A stretch of 64,000 nt of DNA from Octopus vulgaris (GCA_951406725.2 OX597817.1:133052001-133116000); one strand, 5' to 3'. Positions 13,989-28,631 are shown, numbered from the stretch's first letter. Numbers and translations: made by a program. Notes: generated by a model not told the origin, from the sequence alone.

Positions 13989-14296
13989 GTATATATGTAC
14001 ACACACATACACGTACATATGTGCGTGGGTGTACGTACATCATGGAAAAGATATTCTTTTAAGTTTTGGTCATAATACCACTCTTATATACAAGTATGTC
14101 TATGTGTGTATATTTGTTTGCTTGTGTGTGTGGATGTAGAGACAGACAGGCAGACAGACAGACACAATGCCAGAAAGCGTCCTTCTTCCATTCGATTATG
14201 TTCGGGATTCCTCGTTCAATCTGGAAGAAGTTGTCATCCTTAGGGTCGTAGTTGCCTTACTTGTTCTTTCTATCTTTCTTTCTCCACCCTCTACCT

Positions 14297-14372
<76 letters not shown>

Positions 14373-14773
14373 TCAAAAAAACTTTATTGAATTTACATAC
14401 GGAACAAAATTGTCCAAAAGAGCTTCGAGGAGAGATGACATATGTATGTGAGTGTATAACATGTCTGTATATGTATGCGCATCATTGTGAATGTGTGTGT
14501 GTGTATGTGTGCATACATGTTTATGTGTGTGTGTGTGTGGGTGTGTATCTGAGCCTGTGTGTATAGTATGTATGTGTTTAAGTGCATATATATATATATA
14601 TATGTGAGTGTGTATTGTTCAGTTTTATTGCTTTCTCTGTTTCAGAGCCTAACATATGCCTCAAAGTTAATAATGACAAAAGAAATGCATGATGGGAATT
14701 AAATATACGTGTAAGAGGGGGAGGGGCACTGAGTGCATATATGTGTGTCTGTCTGTAACTAAAAATACATGAG

Positions 14774-14823
<50 letters not shown>

Positions 14824-14850
14824 AGATAGATAGATAGATACATACATACA

Positions 14851-14884
<34 letters not shown>

Positions 14885-15094
14885 CATACATACATACATA
14901 CATACATACATACATACATACATACATGCATACATACATATATCCATCCATCCGTCCATCCATCAATTCATACATCCATCCATACACACATACATGCATG
15001 CATCCATACATCCATACATATATACATACATACATACGTACGTAGATACATATCATTATTTTAAAAAATCAAAAGAAATCATTATTATTATTAC

Positions 15095-15155
<61 letters not shown>

Positions 15156-15217
15156 ATTATTACTATTACTATTATTATTATTATCATCATCATCATCATC
15201 ATCATTATTATTATCAT

Positions 15218-15412
15218 TGCCTTTGCCCAGCTTCTAACGCTGGAGATGTACTACGGTGTCAGCTGTTCACTACCAGTGAACTAAGGTGACACCTCTTATT
15301 TTTCGAGCACCATCCGGAGTATTCGAGCGGTTCCAAGCAGTGCTGTTTTCTGCAAGTGCTCCACCCTTATTGCAGCCCCTATTTGTTCCGTGTACTTCTC
15401 AAGATTTTTACT
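15218..15412 (-). mobile_element. R4/Dong-clade LINE 3' end
   Basis: Minus strand reads SKNLEKYTEQIGAAIRVEHLQKTALLGTARILRMVLEK*, a short 3' UTR, then directly an (AAT)n tract. Confidence 0.8.
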
Positions 15413-15569
15413 CTCAAGATTTTTACCATTTTTGCCTTTGGTCATAAATACGTTCTACTCTTTTTTAAATCGTTAGCGCGTCGAACAAAATGTTTAGTGG
15501 TATATCTGAGTTGAAATCCCTCTGTGATGAACGCTGACCTTTCATCCCTAGAGGATTGATAGTGAAGGT

Positions 15570-15895
15570 GTGTGTCTCAGGGATTAGGATACTCGATTCA
15601 CCATTACAAGGTCGTCAGCTCGATTCCAGGTGACGCACTGAAACCTTGGGCAAGGCACTTTATTTCTCTATTTCATGTTGCTCCACAACACTCAGCTGGC
15701 AAAATCGAGTAATCCCTGTATTTCAAAGGACCAGTCTTGAGACATTCTGTGTCAAACTGAAATCTCCCCTGAGAACTACGTGCAGGATACGCTTGACTGT
15801 GGCGTGCTCAACTACTTGCAGGTTAATTTCACGCGCAGGCTGTTCCACTGTTCGGATCTACTGGAACCCGCATCATCCTAACCGACGGAATGTCA
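15570..15895 (+). mobile_element. Degenerate SINE family C
   Basis: Shares the tail ctgtatttcaaagg.ccag...gttaatttcacg.gcaggctgttcc...ccgacgga with 50858-51240. Confidence 0.7.
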
Positions 15896-16567
15896 TCTAG
15901 GGAATTGATGAAATAAAGTACCAGTCGAGTACTGGTGTTGATAAAACCTGCTAACCTCTTCCTCACCGCTCAAATTCCTGGCCTTGGGCTAACATTTGAA
16001 AGCATTACCATTATTATATAAGCTGGAGAAGAACTCGGTAGAACACACGGGTTGTTGGTGTGGAACAAACGACAGATGACAGATGTTTTTGCTATACTAA
16101 AACCAAACTCTTAAATCACACTGAATGTTATCTTCAGTAAATTGTTAAAGGAAGGAATTCAATATAAATAGCGTCTAAAACAAATGTCAGATAAATTGCT
16201 TTTTTATAAAGAATGTGAATGACAATATTTCTGATTTTTTGTCATTAATGCTATTTATGAAATTAGGAGCCCAGCTCCATAGAATTAATTGTGACAACGT
16301 CATGATGAAACAGATGTAAATCTAAGTGGTCTTATTGTTATAGAAACAAAAGCTAAAAGAGTCTGGGTTTCGACCGTTCTGAATTTAGATAAGGATTTTT
16401 TTAGGAATTGAATTATAGTTTTAATAATTTAATAATAATGCCAGTTCTCAAAACGAGGCATATACGTGTGTGTGTGTGTGTGTGTGTAAGTGCATGAATT
16501 GTAATATATTAGAAATCCAGCTTGTGCTCATTCGATATAAATGAAACAAACGCCAAGTGTTAATAAA

Positions 16568-16952
16568 CATGGCTGAGTGGTTAAGAAACTTGCTCTGCTA
16601 CCTCGAATTTCGGGTTCAATCACACTGCGCAGCACCTTTGGAAAGTGTTATAGACTCAGGTTCGACCAATGCTTTGTCAGTCAATTTGCCAGACTGAAAC
16701 CGTGAGAAAGCCTGTCACATGTGTGTTTGCGGTGGGGGATGTGTATGTGTGTTGTATTATTCTCCATCACCGTTTGACAACCGTGTTGGTTTGACCATGC
16801 CCTCATCCCTTAAAAAATCCGGCAAATGAGACGGATTGAAAAAGTACCAGACTTCATAATAAGTAATGGGGGGGGTCGATCTGTTTGATAAAATCCCTTA
16901 AGCAAGTGTTCCAGAATGGCCGCAGTCCAATGACTGTAGTAAGTAAAAGATA
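16568..16952 (+). mobile_element. Diverged SINE family A
   Basis: tRNA-like head atggctgagtggttaag...gggttcaatc and a family-A tail. Confidence 0.7.
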
Positions 16953-17792
16953 AACACATGATGTATGTGTTTTTTGGACTGATTGTTTTATTTGAAGCAA
17001 ACGTGTAAGAGAATGAATGTCCTGCCGTCCCAAAACCCGATCGCTAGTGTGGGCAAATGGATCAGCATGATGAGGTCTTTATCGGGCAGTGGATTGACAA
17101 ATTCTAAACGGAAACGGAATTAGAAATGGAAATTCTATTGAATTCATGTATTCAAATTAAATTTTGATTTATTATGATATATATATATACATACATAAAA
17201 CGGTTCCAAGAGAAAATTTGAAACTGCATCTTTTGCATTACATTAAACAGAAATCATATTAAAACCAGATTCGTGTATAAATAGAGAACGAACTCTCTTC
17301 TATCTAACGTTTGTTATTTCTCTCTTTTGGGCTTTAATCTTTCGACATTCAGATTACTCTGTCAAATGTGACGCTTATTTATTCACAATGTTTTGAATTA
17401 GCCATGCATTATCTTGTAGCTCTACGATTTCAATGGTGTAATTGTTTTGTTTATAGAATATTACTGTGGAGTAGGTATAAGGGCCCGTTTAAATACTTAA
17501 GCCGGAAATGGCTGGTTTGAATGCTGACGGGTTAAACATTGGGAGCAGAGAAAGAAATCCTTTTATTTCTTTTGTTTGTTATGGCGTAAAATCTCAGAAG
17601 ATGAGCGCGTATAAAGTGGCAGAAGTTCCGGAGGGTTAATAAACTAAGTCCTTGATGTGTATTTAAACGAATTCAGTCTGTTGTATTCCATTGTTTATAA
17701 TCATGATAACTTGTACCAATGTAACCGATATTTATGACCCACTTCTATGTTAAACTTTTCCTTAAAGTACCTACCCTTTATATTTGCAACAG

Positions 17793-17948
17793 GTTTCACA
17801 ATCAGAGAAGATGGGTGTAATAACACTGTCTGACATCGATTATGGCCAGATATTCGGACCATTCCCAATATCTCAGACCAAAGCTGATCCCGCTACATTC
17901 ATTGGTCTTCTGACCAAAGATAAACAAGTCGACACCATTTTACTTAAG
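17793..17948 (+). CDS. PRDM8: PRDM8-like gene, coding exon A (N-terminal half of PR/SET domain)
   Basis: Acceptor ttgcaacAG at 17791-92 and donor GTcagt at 17949; 156 nt, phase 0/0. Reads VSQSEKMGVITLSDIDYGQIFGPFP...TILLK, resembling the PR-domain start (xDIxxxxIFGP). The start may be ATG 17811 or an unseen upstream exon. Confidence 0.8.
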
Positions 17949-18054
17949 GTCAGTATAAACAATGTATTTATGGCTTTCTTTTAATCACCAGAAAATATTA
18001 ATTAATTCAACTCAGACTCACTCTGTCTAAATTTAAATGCAACCCTGAATCTCT

Positions 18055-18561
18055 TTGTCTTTTTGTCGTCTACTTGTTTCAGTCACGTGGCTGAGGTCAT
18101 GTTGGGGCACCGGATCGAAAGGGTTTAATCGAACAAATCAACACCAGTACTAATTTTAAGTCTGGTACTTATTTTACCGGTCTCTGCTCAACTGCTAGAT
18201 TACAAGGTTGTAAACAAACCAGCATCGCTTGTCAACACATAGACACATATTTTACACACACACACACACACACACATACACACACACAGATACACGCATA
18301 CACACACATACACATACACACACACACACAGACACACACATACACACACATACACACACACATGTATAGTATATATACATATATACATATATATATTTAA
18401 CGGGCTGCCTCAGTTTCCGTCTACCAAATTCAGTCACGAGACACTGTTCAGCCAGGGGCTATTATAGAAGATGTTTGCTCAGTATTCTGCCTAGTGGTAT
18501 TGAACCCAAAGCCATATGGTTGCAAAACGAGCTTCTTCACCCCACAGCCACCCCAGCGCCT
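18055..18561 (-). mobile_element. Diverged SINE family A in PRDM8 intron, internal (CA)n/(TA)n
   Basis: Antisense head (ggtattgaaccc...cagcgcc) and tail. Confidence 0.75.
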
Positions 18562-18704
18562 AAGTGTTTTTAAACTATTATGCATTACATATTACATTTT
18601 ATGCATATATATGTGCTTCTGTTTGTGATGGTGCATGTGTGCACGCGTGTCGGCTGATGTGTGTGTGTATGTGTATGTGTGTGTGTGCGTGTGCGTGTCG
18701 GCTG

Positions 18705-18749
<45 letters not shown>

Positions 18750-19054
18750 GGCTGATGTGTGTGTGTGTGTGTGTGTGCGCGTGTGTGTGTGTGTGCAATT
18801 AACTTTCCATACACAGATGATCAGAAATACTTATAAATCGAGACTGAACAGATGCGGTTTCACATCTACCCTCTCTCCTTCTCCTTTCTTCTTACTGACC
18901 TCATTTCCCGCCCCGCCACCGTCTTGACGTCACCGAATTACATCGTGTCTCGGTTGGTCATTACTTAGTGCCGAAGCAGATTAAAAGCCATTATAAATGG
19001 CATTCTGTTACGTCTCTTTAATTAAACATTCGGAACTGTCTTAAATCTTTGCAG

Positions 19055-19274
19055 GTGGACTTAATGGTGGATAAAGATCGCACGGTTGAATGGCTACCGT
19101 ACATCCAGCCGGCTCGTGACGAGGACGAACAGAATATTGAAGCTTATATGAAGGATGGCTACGTTTATTACCGCGCGTTGAGGATTATCCGAAAAAACGA
19201 GGACCTTTTCGTGTGGTACAGCAAGGATTTCTCACAGATCCTGGCCATTCCTGAAGTACAAAGAAAACAGCGAG
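19055..19274 (+). CDS. PRDM8: PRDM8-like gene, coding exon B (C-terminal half of PR/SET domain)
   Basis: tctttgcAG acceptor and G|GTaatt donor (phase 1). WLPYIQPARDEDEQNIEAYMKDGYVYYRALRIIRKNEDLFVWY matches the PR-domain motif W..(V/I)..AR..EEQN.EAY...G...YR.LR.I...E.L.VWY. Confidence 0.92.
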
Positions 19275-19552
19275 GTAATTATGTTACGGATATTACTGTA
19301 GTTGATGGGGGTTTAGTGTCAGAAGACGAAACTAAGTCAGGCAACTTGCTAATCCGATAAGACACGATGGCCGATATAAGAGGAAAAAGGAAAAAAAAAC
19401 GATGTAAGAAGGTGGTTGAACGGGATGTGGGAGGAAGATGAGCAAAAAGACACCAACGGAAAGACATACTTCTTGAGATTCTGCGAGTAGATAAAGTATA
19501 TGAAAAATTGTAAAATAAATACATATATATTTATGTGTTTAAGTATATGCAG

Positions 19553-19599
<47 letters not shown>

Positions 19600-19654
19600 G
19601 GCGTGTGGGGGGGTGCGTGTGTGTGTATTTATATATATATGTATATATATATAT

Positions 19655-19802
<148 letters not shown>

Positions 19803-19926
19803 GTTTATATATGCATAAATATATGTCTGTGGATTCATAGTCACTAGAGACACACAGATACGCACGCATACATAATGCACATGCATTTGCATGTATGTAT
19901 GTATATATGTAAGTGAATATATAGAG

Positions 19927-20009
<83 letters not shown>

Positions 20010-20343
20010 GAAGGCAGCATAAAAGTAGAGAAATTATGTAAAATATTATGAAGAGAAAGAGAAATGATGAGAAGCAGAAGGAGATGGAGAGGGAGAGGGG
20101 GAAGATGAAAAAGATAAAGAAGTGAGTGAAAGAGTTATTTGCATAACTTTAATGTAAACTTAGAGACATGAAGAGGAAGTAGAAATAAAACAAGGATTTG
20201 GCTGCATGAGGAAAGTGTGGGAGGTGGGATGGGGTGGGGGTGAGAATGTGGAGGTTGAAGATGGGGGAAGCGTCTGGAGTAAGGTAGAAAGGAACTTGTT
20301 ATTTGCGCGCAAAAGATTAGAAAGAAAATAAGGTAATATCGTC

Positions 20344-20378
<35 letters not shown>

Positions 20379-20740
20379 ATAATAAAGGTACAGGTGTATA
20401 ATGACATGTATAAAGCACGTGACACCTCGAAAAGAAAGTGACATCTTTCTTTTATGTAAGTCTTATATAGCTTAGTATTAAATCAATATCTTTGAGCTAA
20501 GTAGTTTTTATATTAGGATCTCGTAGTTTTGCCATCTTGTGAGATGTGCTCGGCCATCTTGTCTCACTGTAATCTCGCTATACCACATTACATACGTGTG
20601 TTATACATACATACATATGTGCTTGTGTACGCGTGTCTGTATATATATATATATATATATATACATACATACACGTATGTATGCATGTGTGTATATATAT
20701 ATGTATGTTAATGTCTATGAAATATATATATGTATATCTA

Positions 20741-20780
<40 letters not shown>

Positions 20781-21372
20781 TGCATAGAAGTGTATATAAT
20801 TATATGTATACGTGCGCGCGGCCACATACACACATATATACGTAAGTTATTCCAGTTATTTATAGCGTTCCATTTGTTTTGAAGCTTAACGTTCTCAATG
20901 ATATTATATTCTTTATCAAAACTTTGTATAACATCGTCAAACAAGAAACTATATATAGTGCAGTTGCATTAAGTAATATTCGAAATTCACTTGGTGTCAC
21001 ACTTTGTTCAACGAGGTAATATTTTCAAATGTAAACTTTTTGTATCTGTGATCGCATCCAATGGCATATTTTATTTTATTTATTTATTTATTTATTTATT
21101 TATTGTTTTTTTTTTTAATTTTATTCAGTGGAAGAATTATAATGAAACTAAAAATTAAGTTCAGATAATTTTTGGCGTAGTAGTTATCTTGTATTCTTAC
21201 TACAACCAATAAAAGTGTTCCACTTGAAGCAGGTAGCAAAGCTGGCATACTGTATGTATGTACGTATGCATGTATGTATGTATGTATGTATGTATGTATG
21301 TATGTATGTATGTATGTATGTATGTATGTACGTACGTACGTATGTATGTATGTATGTATGTATGTATGTATG

Positions 21373-21403
<31 letters not shown>

Positions 21404-21931
21404 GCATCTATGCATGTATGTATTTATGTGTGTTTCTAAGTGTGCGTGCGTGTATGTGTGTATGTATATTCAGTATAGCCTTATCACGTGCATTTCAATG
21501 CTCTTCTGCAGTTATCGGCTACCCTATGCCATCATACTGCAGGATTACTCCTTTTGTTGGACATACATGTGGAAAACCGTCAGGGTATGCAGGATTCATA
21601 CAAAACAAAACAAGAAGATGGAATGAACAAGATTTAATCCAAATCGCTACAATTGTTTCGGTGCAATGTGTTTCGATTATTAAACATACTATTTTATAAA
21701 TGTTATATAAATATAGTCGTATTTCTTTAATATTTATATTACATGTTTATGTGAAACACAATAAAGCTTGTACATTGCATCTTTTTATATTATAGATTTT
21801 ATATGTATATATGTGTATACATACACATACACATACACACTCACACACACACACACACGCTCGCACACACACACATATATATATATAAAAATCTATCTAC
21901 CTATCTGTCTTTCTGTCACTCTATCTATCTA

Positions 21932-22245
21932 TGGCTTAGTGGTTATAGTATTCGGCTGACGATCGTAAGGTCATGAGTTCAATTCCTGACAATGCGATGT
22001 GTTCTTCAGTAAGACACTTTATGTAGCTCCAGTCCACTCATCTGAAAAATAAAAAATTAGTTTTACCCGTATTTCAAAAGGGCCAGCCTTGCCACATCCT
22101 GTGTCACGCGGAATCTATCTGAGAACCAGGTTAAAGATATGCGTGTCTGTGGAGTACTCAGCCACTTGCACGTTTATTCCACGGGCAGATTGTTCCGTTG
22201 ATCCGATCAACTGAAACCATCGTCGTCGTAACCGACAGAGTGCAG
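21932..22245 (+). mobile_element. SINE family C variant in PRDM8 intron
   Basis: tggcttagtggtta...gagttcaattcc head and a family-C tail. Confidence 0.75.
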
Positions 22246-23173
22246 TTATATGTATACATGCACAGAGAGAGAGGGAGAGAGAGAGAGAAAGAGACATACA
22301 TACATACATACATACATACATACATACATACATACATACATACATACATACATACTGATGGAAGTCAATGCTGAGTGTAGAGTCAAATATATTTACTGGG
22401 TCATCACGTTTCGCCTGACAGCGAAATAAACCATTGGCTGATAATTGAGGTCCCATTGAATATCAACTTTATAATAAACGGAATTATATGATATATTTGT
22501 AGGTGCTTAGCACTTTAATACGTATCTAGTAGTGCAATTCATGGCAAAAGCACAATAGTATATATGAGAGCATAGGCACATCAGCAAAAATAAAGACGTA
22601 TTTCAGTGAGTAAATACCATTTAGGTATAAGCTTTAACATAAATTAAGTCGCTTGCGTAATTGTAAAATATTACGAACGTCACAACGAGTCACTGTACTT
22701 TCAAAGCAAGCAAGATATATTATTCTTTCATATTCTGTTGCCGATGAATAAAATAGTCGAAGCTTGCTAGTGACCAGGTTGCTGTTGGTGCGGCGAAATT
22801 TTTGATACCAAATAATAAATGTGTAAGTGAAGGTAACAGTGTTCGTGCTTGTTTTGAAAGGGCCATGTGTGTTTACCACATTGTAAGTGCTTTAGTTTCA
22901 ACTTACAGTACCAGATTAAAGCACTTGCCATGTGCAACTCCGAAATAAAATAGTTGTTTTGTCACTTGAGATTTAGATGACAAACAAAATAGATTAGTAT
23001 AATTTTGACAGCGATTTTAAAACGAATTAATTTTTTAATTGACATGTATATTCGAGTCATGTTAGCTAGCAAAACACAATATTTTCGACAGTGATAAAGC
23101 TGGAGATGAAAATGGAGTTTTCGAAATGTCGATTTGTTTTCTATTTTAACCAGAATTTCCATTTTTTTTTCAG

Positions 23174-24456
23174 ATTCTGATCCGTACATTTGTCCGCGAT
23201 GCGGAGAAGTTTTTGAATATCCATTCCCTTTAAGAGCTCATCTTAGATTTACCTGCGAGCCACGGTCTTTAATGACATTGAACGCCAACCAATTGATTTC
23301 CCGACAAGAACGACAGCTGAAGCTTGAATCAATAGAATCTCATTTGGAAAATTCTAGAATCAAAAATTGCCCTCGAGCATTGGAATTCCATACAATTCAA
23401 CGAGAAAATGATAGCAAAAATGATTCGCCATCAGTAATCAAAGACTATTCCAGGAATGTGACAATTATGGAAGTGAGCCGTAAACGCCATCTAGACGACA
23501 CAGATACATTAACACCTTCTCCTAAACTCGCAAATTCAGAGAATTATACGAAAGTCGAGAGGAAAACACTCGATAATGGTATCAATAAATCACAGAGAAT
23601 TTCTCCTCCGTTTTCTTCGGATAACTGCGAAAATACGTTTAAATTCCGTGAGGAATCCGAGGAAAATCGGAGCGCATTTACAAAGGTTGAAAAATCGCAT
23701 TCCCCTAAAAACGGTATTACTAACAGCACTGTCAGTAACCATAGTAACAGTACGACTATGTCGAATCATTTAATTACTTCGCTCCCTAGTCCTTTGTTGT
23801 CTTCAAAAGCTTCATTATCTCCAGCTATTTCTATGACGTTTACCGGCTCTCATTACACTATACCATCGTTAACTAATGTACGCCTTAGTTCAGCGTCGTC
23901 CGGTTCACTCGCATCCCCAGCTGACTTATCCCACGTTACAAATGCTAATACTCTTTACCTACCACGGTATCCTGTTTTTCCGTCTTTCGGTCTGACATCC
24001 GCGGCAGTGGCAGCAGCCGCTGCTCAACCCCTTTCGGATAATAACTCCCAGCACAGTATTATGGAAATTTATAAAAGTGGTCTAGTTCACACGACGGAAC
24101 AATTTGGAAGTGAAAACGGCATCACTTTTCCAAAACATCCGATTTTCCACGAAAGACCTACAGTCAACCCATTTATGAAAACTCAGAATCCAATGGTAGA
24201 AAAGATTATTGCGGGTACAGCGCCATCTATGTTGCAGACGCCTCTGGCAGCGTTGACCCTCTCTCAAAACTGGTGTGCCAAATGCAACGCCACCTTCCGG
24301 ATGACCAGTGACTTAGTTTATCACATGCGTTCCCATCACAAACGGGAATTCGATCCGATGAAACGGAAGCGAGAAGACAAATTAAAATGTTCGATCTGTA
24401 ATGAAACTTTCCGAGAAAGACACCATTTAACACGTCACATGACCTCACATGTATAG
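23174..24456 (+). CDS. PRDM8: PRDM8-like gene, terminal coding exon (C2HC finger, Ser-rich linker, poly-Ala, two C-terminal C2H2 fingers)
   Basis: Poly-T + cAG acceptor at 23172-73; the phase-1 join gives GAT. Contains YICPRCGEVFEYPFPLRAHLRFTC, and the C-terminus QNWCAKCNATFRMTSDLVYHMRSHH...KLKCSICNETFRERHHLTRHMTSH is the PRDM8/ZNF488 signature. Stop TAG at 24454-56; AATAAA at 24461. Confidence 0.95.
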
Positions 24457-24714
24457 TAAAAATAAATATAAATATAAATATTAAAAATATATATATATAT
24501 TGAAAAATAATAAAAGAAAAAACTGACATGACGTGCCATCTGTTGTAGATAGACTAATGTACAATTTTCCCCCTTTTTTTCTTTTATTGTTTTTTGCTAT
24601 TGCTGTGAAAAAATACTCAGACTACATTTATCTAACATTCCATATAACTCGGAGTATTGTAGAGTTTATGCTCTTTGATTGGGTCAGAAAGATAATTTGT
24701 GAAAAGTAACAATT

Positions 24715-24844
<130 letters not shown>

Positions 24845-24898
24845 ATAATAATAATAATAATTATTATTATTATTATTATTATTATTACTACTATTATT

Positions 24899-25065
24899 GC
24901 GGCGCGCTGGCAGAAACGCTTTATTTTGAGTTCAAATTCCGCCAAAGTCGACTTTGCCTTTCATCCTTTCTGGGTCAATAAATTAAGTATGAGTTGCGTA
25001 CTGGGATCGATCTAATCGACTGGCCCCCTCCCTTCAAACTTTCGGGCCTTGTGCCTAGCGTAGTA

Positions 25066-25105
<40 letters not shown>

Positions 25106-25476
25106 GCTGGCAGAATCGTTAGCACGCTAGACGAAATGTATAACGATATTTCGCCCGTCGCTTTGTTCTGAGTTCAAATTCCGCCGAGTTCGACTTCTAC
25201 CTTTCATTCTTTCCAGGTCGATAAATTAAGTACCAGTGAAACACTGGGGTCGATGTAAGCGACTAGTCTCCTCCCCATAAATCTGAGGCCTTGTGCCTCC
25301 AGCAGAAATGATTATTATCATTATTATTAAATGAGAGAGCTGGCAGAAAATTTAGCATTCCGGACAAAATGCTTAGCGGCATTTCGTCCGTGTCTACGTT
25401 ATGAGTTCAATTTCCGCCGAGGTCGACTTCAATTGTCTCACCACCACTACCAACATGACCACAAAAAGTTATCATT

Positions 25477-25536
<60 letters not shown>

Positions 25537-25720
25537 TGAGTGACCTGACTGACACGTTAGGACGTTGGACAAAAGTGATTAGCAACATTTCCTCCGGTAC
25601 TTTACCTTCTGAGTTCAAATCCCGCCGAGGCCCACTTTGTCTTAGTCAAGCACTGGGGTTGATACAATAGACTAACTCCACTCCCCCATTAAAATAGCTG
25701 GTCACGTGCCAAAATTTGAT
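24899..25720 (+). mobile_element. Cluster of four SINE family B copies separated by (ATT)n
   Basis: Repeated gctggcagaa..gttagc...ctgagttcaaattccgccgaggtcgac...ctttcatcc...taagtaccag...ctggggtcgat at ~24899, 25106, 25337 and 25546. Confidence 0.8.
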
Positions 25721-25774
25721 TAAAAAAATATTGTTGTTGTTATACACGCCATGCCGACCTATAGGTAATCCGTG

Positions 25775-26130
25775 GTACTCCGTCGGTTACGACTACGCGG
25801 GCTCCAGTTGATGCGATCAACGGAACAGCCTACTTGTGAAATTAATGTGCAAGTGGCTGAGCGCTCCACAGACACACGTACCCTCCACAGACACACGTAG
25901 TTCTCGAGGAGATTCAGCGTGACACAGGTACAATAGAAGCAGGAAGAAAGAGTGAGAGAAAGTTGTGGTGAAAGAGTACAGCAGGATTCGCGACCACTAC
26001 CCCTGTCGGAACCTCGTGGAGCTTTAGATATTTTCGCTCAATAAACACTCACAGCGCTCGGTCTGGGAATCGAAACAGCGATCCTACGACCGCGAGTCCG
26101 CTGCGTTAACCACTGGGCCATTGCGCTTCC
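25775..26130 (-). mobile_element. SINE family C
   Basis: Reverse complement of 50858-51240 with an internal deletion. Confidence 0.85.
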
Positions 26131-26650
26131 ATTTTAGGTAATACAACCAGAAAAATATATCATTTCCAAACTTTTTCCTCAATCCCATCACACTCTCTCT
26201 TTCTCCTCCTTTCTTTTCCCCACTATCTCACCCCCGTTTCACTCTCTCTCCCCCTTTCTCTTTCTCCCTGCTCTTTTCTCTTTTTCTCTCGAATTACTCA
26301 ACTCCTTTCCATTTTATAAATTACTATTCTTCCTTCCGAGCAAGAAAGAGTGACTTTTTATTTCAAATTTTTATTTCTTTCTTATTATTTCGCTGTGCAT
26401 TCAGTAGAGAAAACGAATAAGAATAGGACAAAGAACAAACAACAAAAAATAAACAACAACGAGAGTTATAACAAACAACAACAACAACAACAAAATAACA
26501 ACAGTGATTGCACGAAGATATCTTCGCTGTTAATGAACTCCATCGGTCTAAGATCTATTTAGATGTCAATCAACAAGATCTTGTTTCTGTACATTCATGC
26601 GCCAATATATATATACATGTGGCTTTAGAAATAGGGACATAATGTGCACG

Positions 26651-26726
<76 letters not shown>

Positions 26727-26894
26727 TATATAGTGTGAATGTGTATAAATATATAAATAGAATATAAGAAGTATGCGCTATTCCTTTCTTCTTCTTCTTC
26801 TTCTTCTTTCACCCAATCAGTTTTTCAGATATGTATGTGTATATATGTATGTATACGCACACACACACATACAGATATATATATACATATATAC

Positions 26895-26945
<51 letters not shown>

Positions 26946-27419
26946 TACATGTATGTATGTATGTATGTATGTATGTATGTATGTATGCATGTATACACAT
27001 ATATAAAATTGCTCTGGCTTCTGTAGCAATTAATATAAAGTGTTGGCGGACGAATTGCAGAATGTCAATTGAAGCATGTAATGCCTTATGGTATTTAATT
27101 AAGTCCCTTTCTCTTCAGGGTTGAAACGAAAACCCCAAATGGCATCGCTGTTTCCTTCTGGACGATAAAATAAGCATCAGTCAAAAACCTGTGTTGATCT
27201 AATCAGCCATACACACCGTATTTTTACGAAAATGTGTGGTTTATTCTTTTGGGGAGCAAGGAGTTTGAAGAGATGACAACAATAATTCTAAACTGAAATA
27301 ATTTATAAACACATTCATACATACATCGCCGACAGGAAAAATAAGCATTCGTAACATAATACATTACATGAATCAATATTTCACAATGTATACACACCTC
27401 TATACATATAAAATAGTGT

Positions 27420-27670
27420 ACAAATAATTTACGTATCTATACACAAAAGAGGTGACCTTTGACAGGACACCTTACATGCTGGAAAGGGCAGTTAAAGTTT
27501 AAACCATGAATAAAGGTAATTTCAAAGGAAATGAAAATTATTTTTATTTTCAATTTCATTCTATTTGAAATTACTCTTATTCGTGGTTTGGGCTTTAACT
27601 GCCCTTTATAGCATGTAAGATGTCCTGTTAAAGGTCACCCTTTTTGTGCATAAATACGTAAATTATTTGT
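27420..27670. repeat. Long foldback inverted repeat (MITE-like), ~118-bp arms
   Basis: acaaataatttacgta...gaaatgaaaatt / aatttcattc...tacgtaaattatttgt with a ~12-nt spacer. Confidence 0.9.
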
Positions 27671-28018
27671 CCCCTCTTTGATATGAAAAATGTGTTGACT
27701 TTTGACTTTATTACGCATGCTGGCCACCGGTAGGAAAATGTCTCTAAATTTTCTACCCTTATTATATTCACACTTCTATACGTAGGTACGTGCATGTGTG
27801 AGTGCGCGCGCGCATGTTTATACATATATACATATATATATATATAATTACAAATTAAAAACCAACTCTAGAAATGTAAATATTATCGATCGCACATACG
27901 CAGTGTGTGTGTTCTGCTTATACGCCGAATTTGCTGCGGGATAGCTTTCCCAGGACGCGCAAATTCGGCTTATAAACAAAACACATGCATTGTGTATTTG
28001 CGATCGACATTACTGATT

Positions 28019-28064
<46 letters not shown>

Positions 28065-28129
28065 CATACACACACACACATATATATATATATACATACA
28101 CACATACATATATATATATATATATACAT

Positions 28130-28284
<155 letters not shown>

Positions 28285-28449
28285 ATACCTATATATACAT
28301 ATACATGTATATTTAATATTTTGAGACTAATGGGTATATGTCAATTAGTGTGTTAAAGTGTTTAGTAGAGCACTGGCACAGTTTGTGCCACCTGGTGTCA
28401 TCTGCAGTCGGGGTATATTACCGTTTAGATATCCGCAGTGTTAGTTGAG

Positions 28450-28625
28450 ATGCTTGACAACAGATGCTGGTGTGTTTACGTCCCCATAACTTAGCGGTTC
28501 GGCAAAAGAAACCGATAGAATAAGTACTAGGCTTACAAAGAATAAGTCCTGGGGTCGATTTGCTCGACTAAAGGCGGTGCTCCAGCGTGGCCACAGTCAA
28601 ATGACTGAAACAGGTAAAAGAGTAA
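28450..28625 (+). mobile_element. SINE family A, 3' half
   Basis: Near-consensus tail. Confidence 0.85.
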
Positions 28626-28631
28626 AAGAGT

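Noticed and set aside
17601-17634. MSAYKVAEVPE as first coding exon of PRDM8
   Set aside because: The available GT gives phase 1 but exon A needs phase 0, and the donor is weak.
23134-23173. N-terminal MFSILTRISIFFS of the 440-aa ORF
   Set aside because: This is the intronic polypyrimidine tract upstream of the acceptor at 23172-73.
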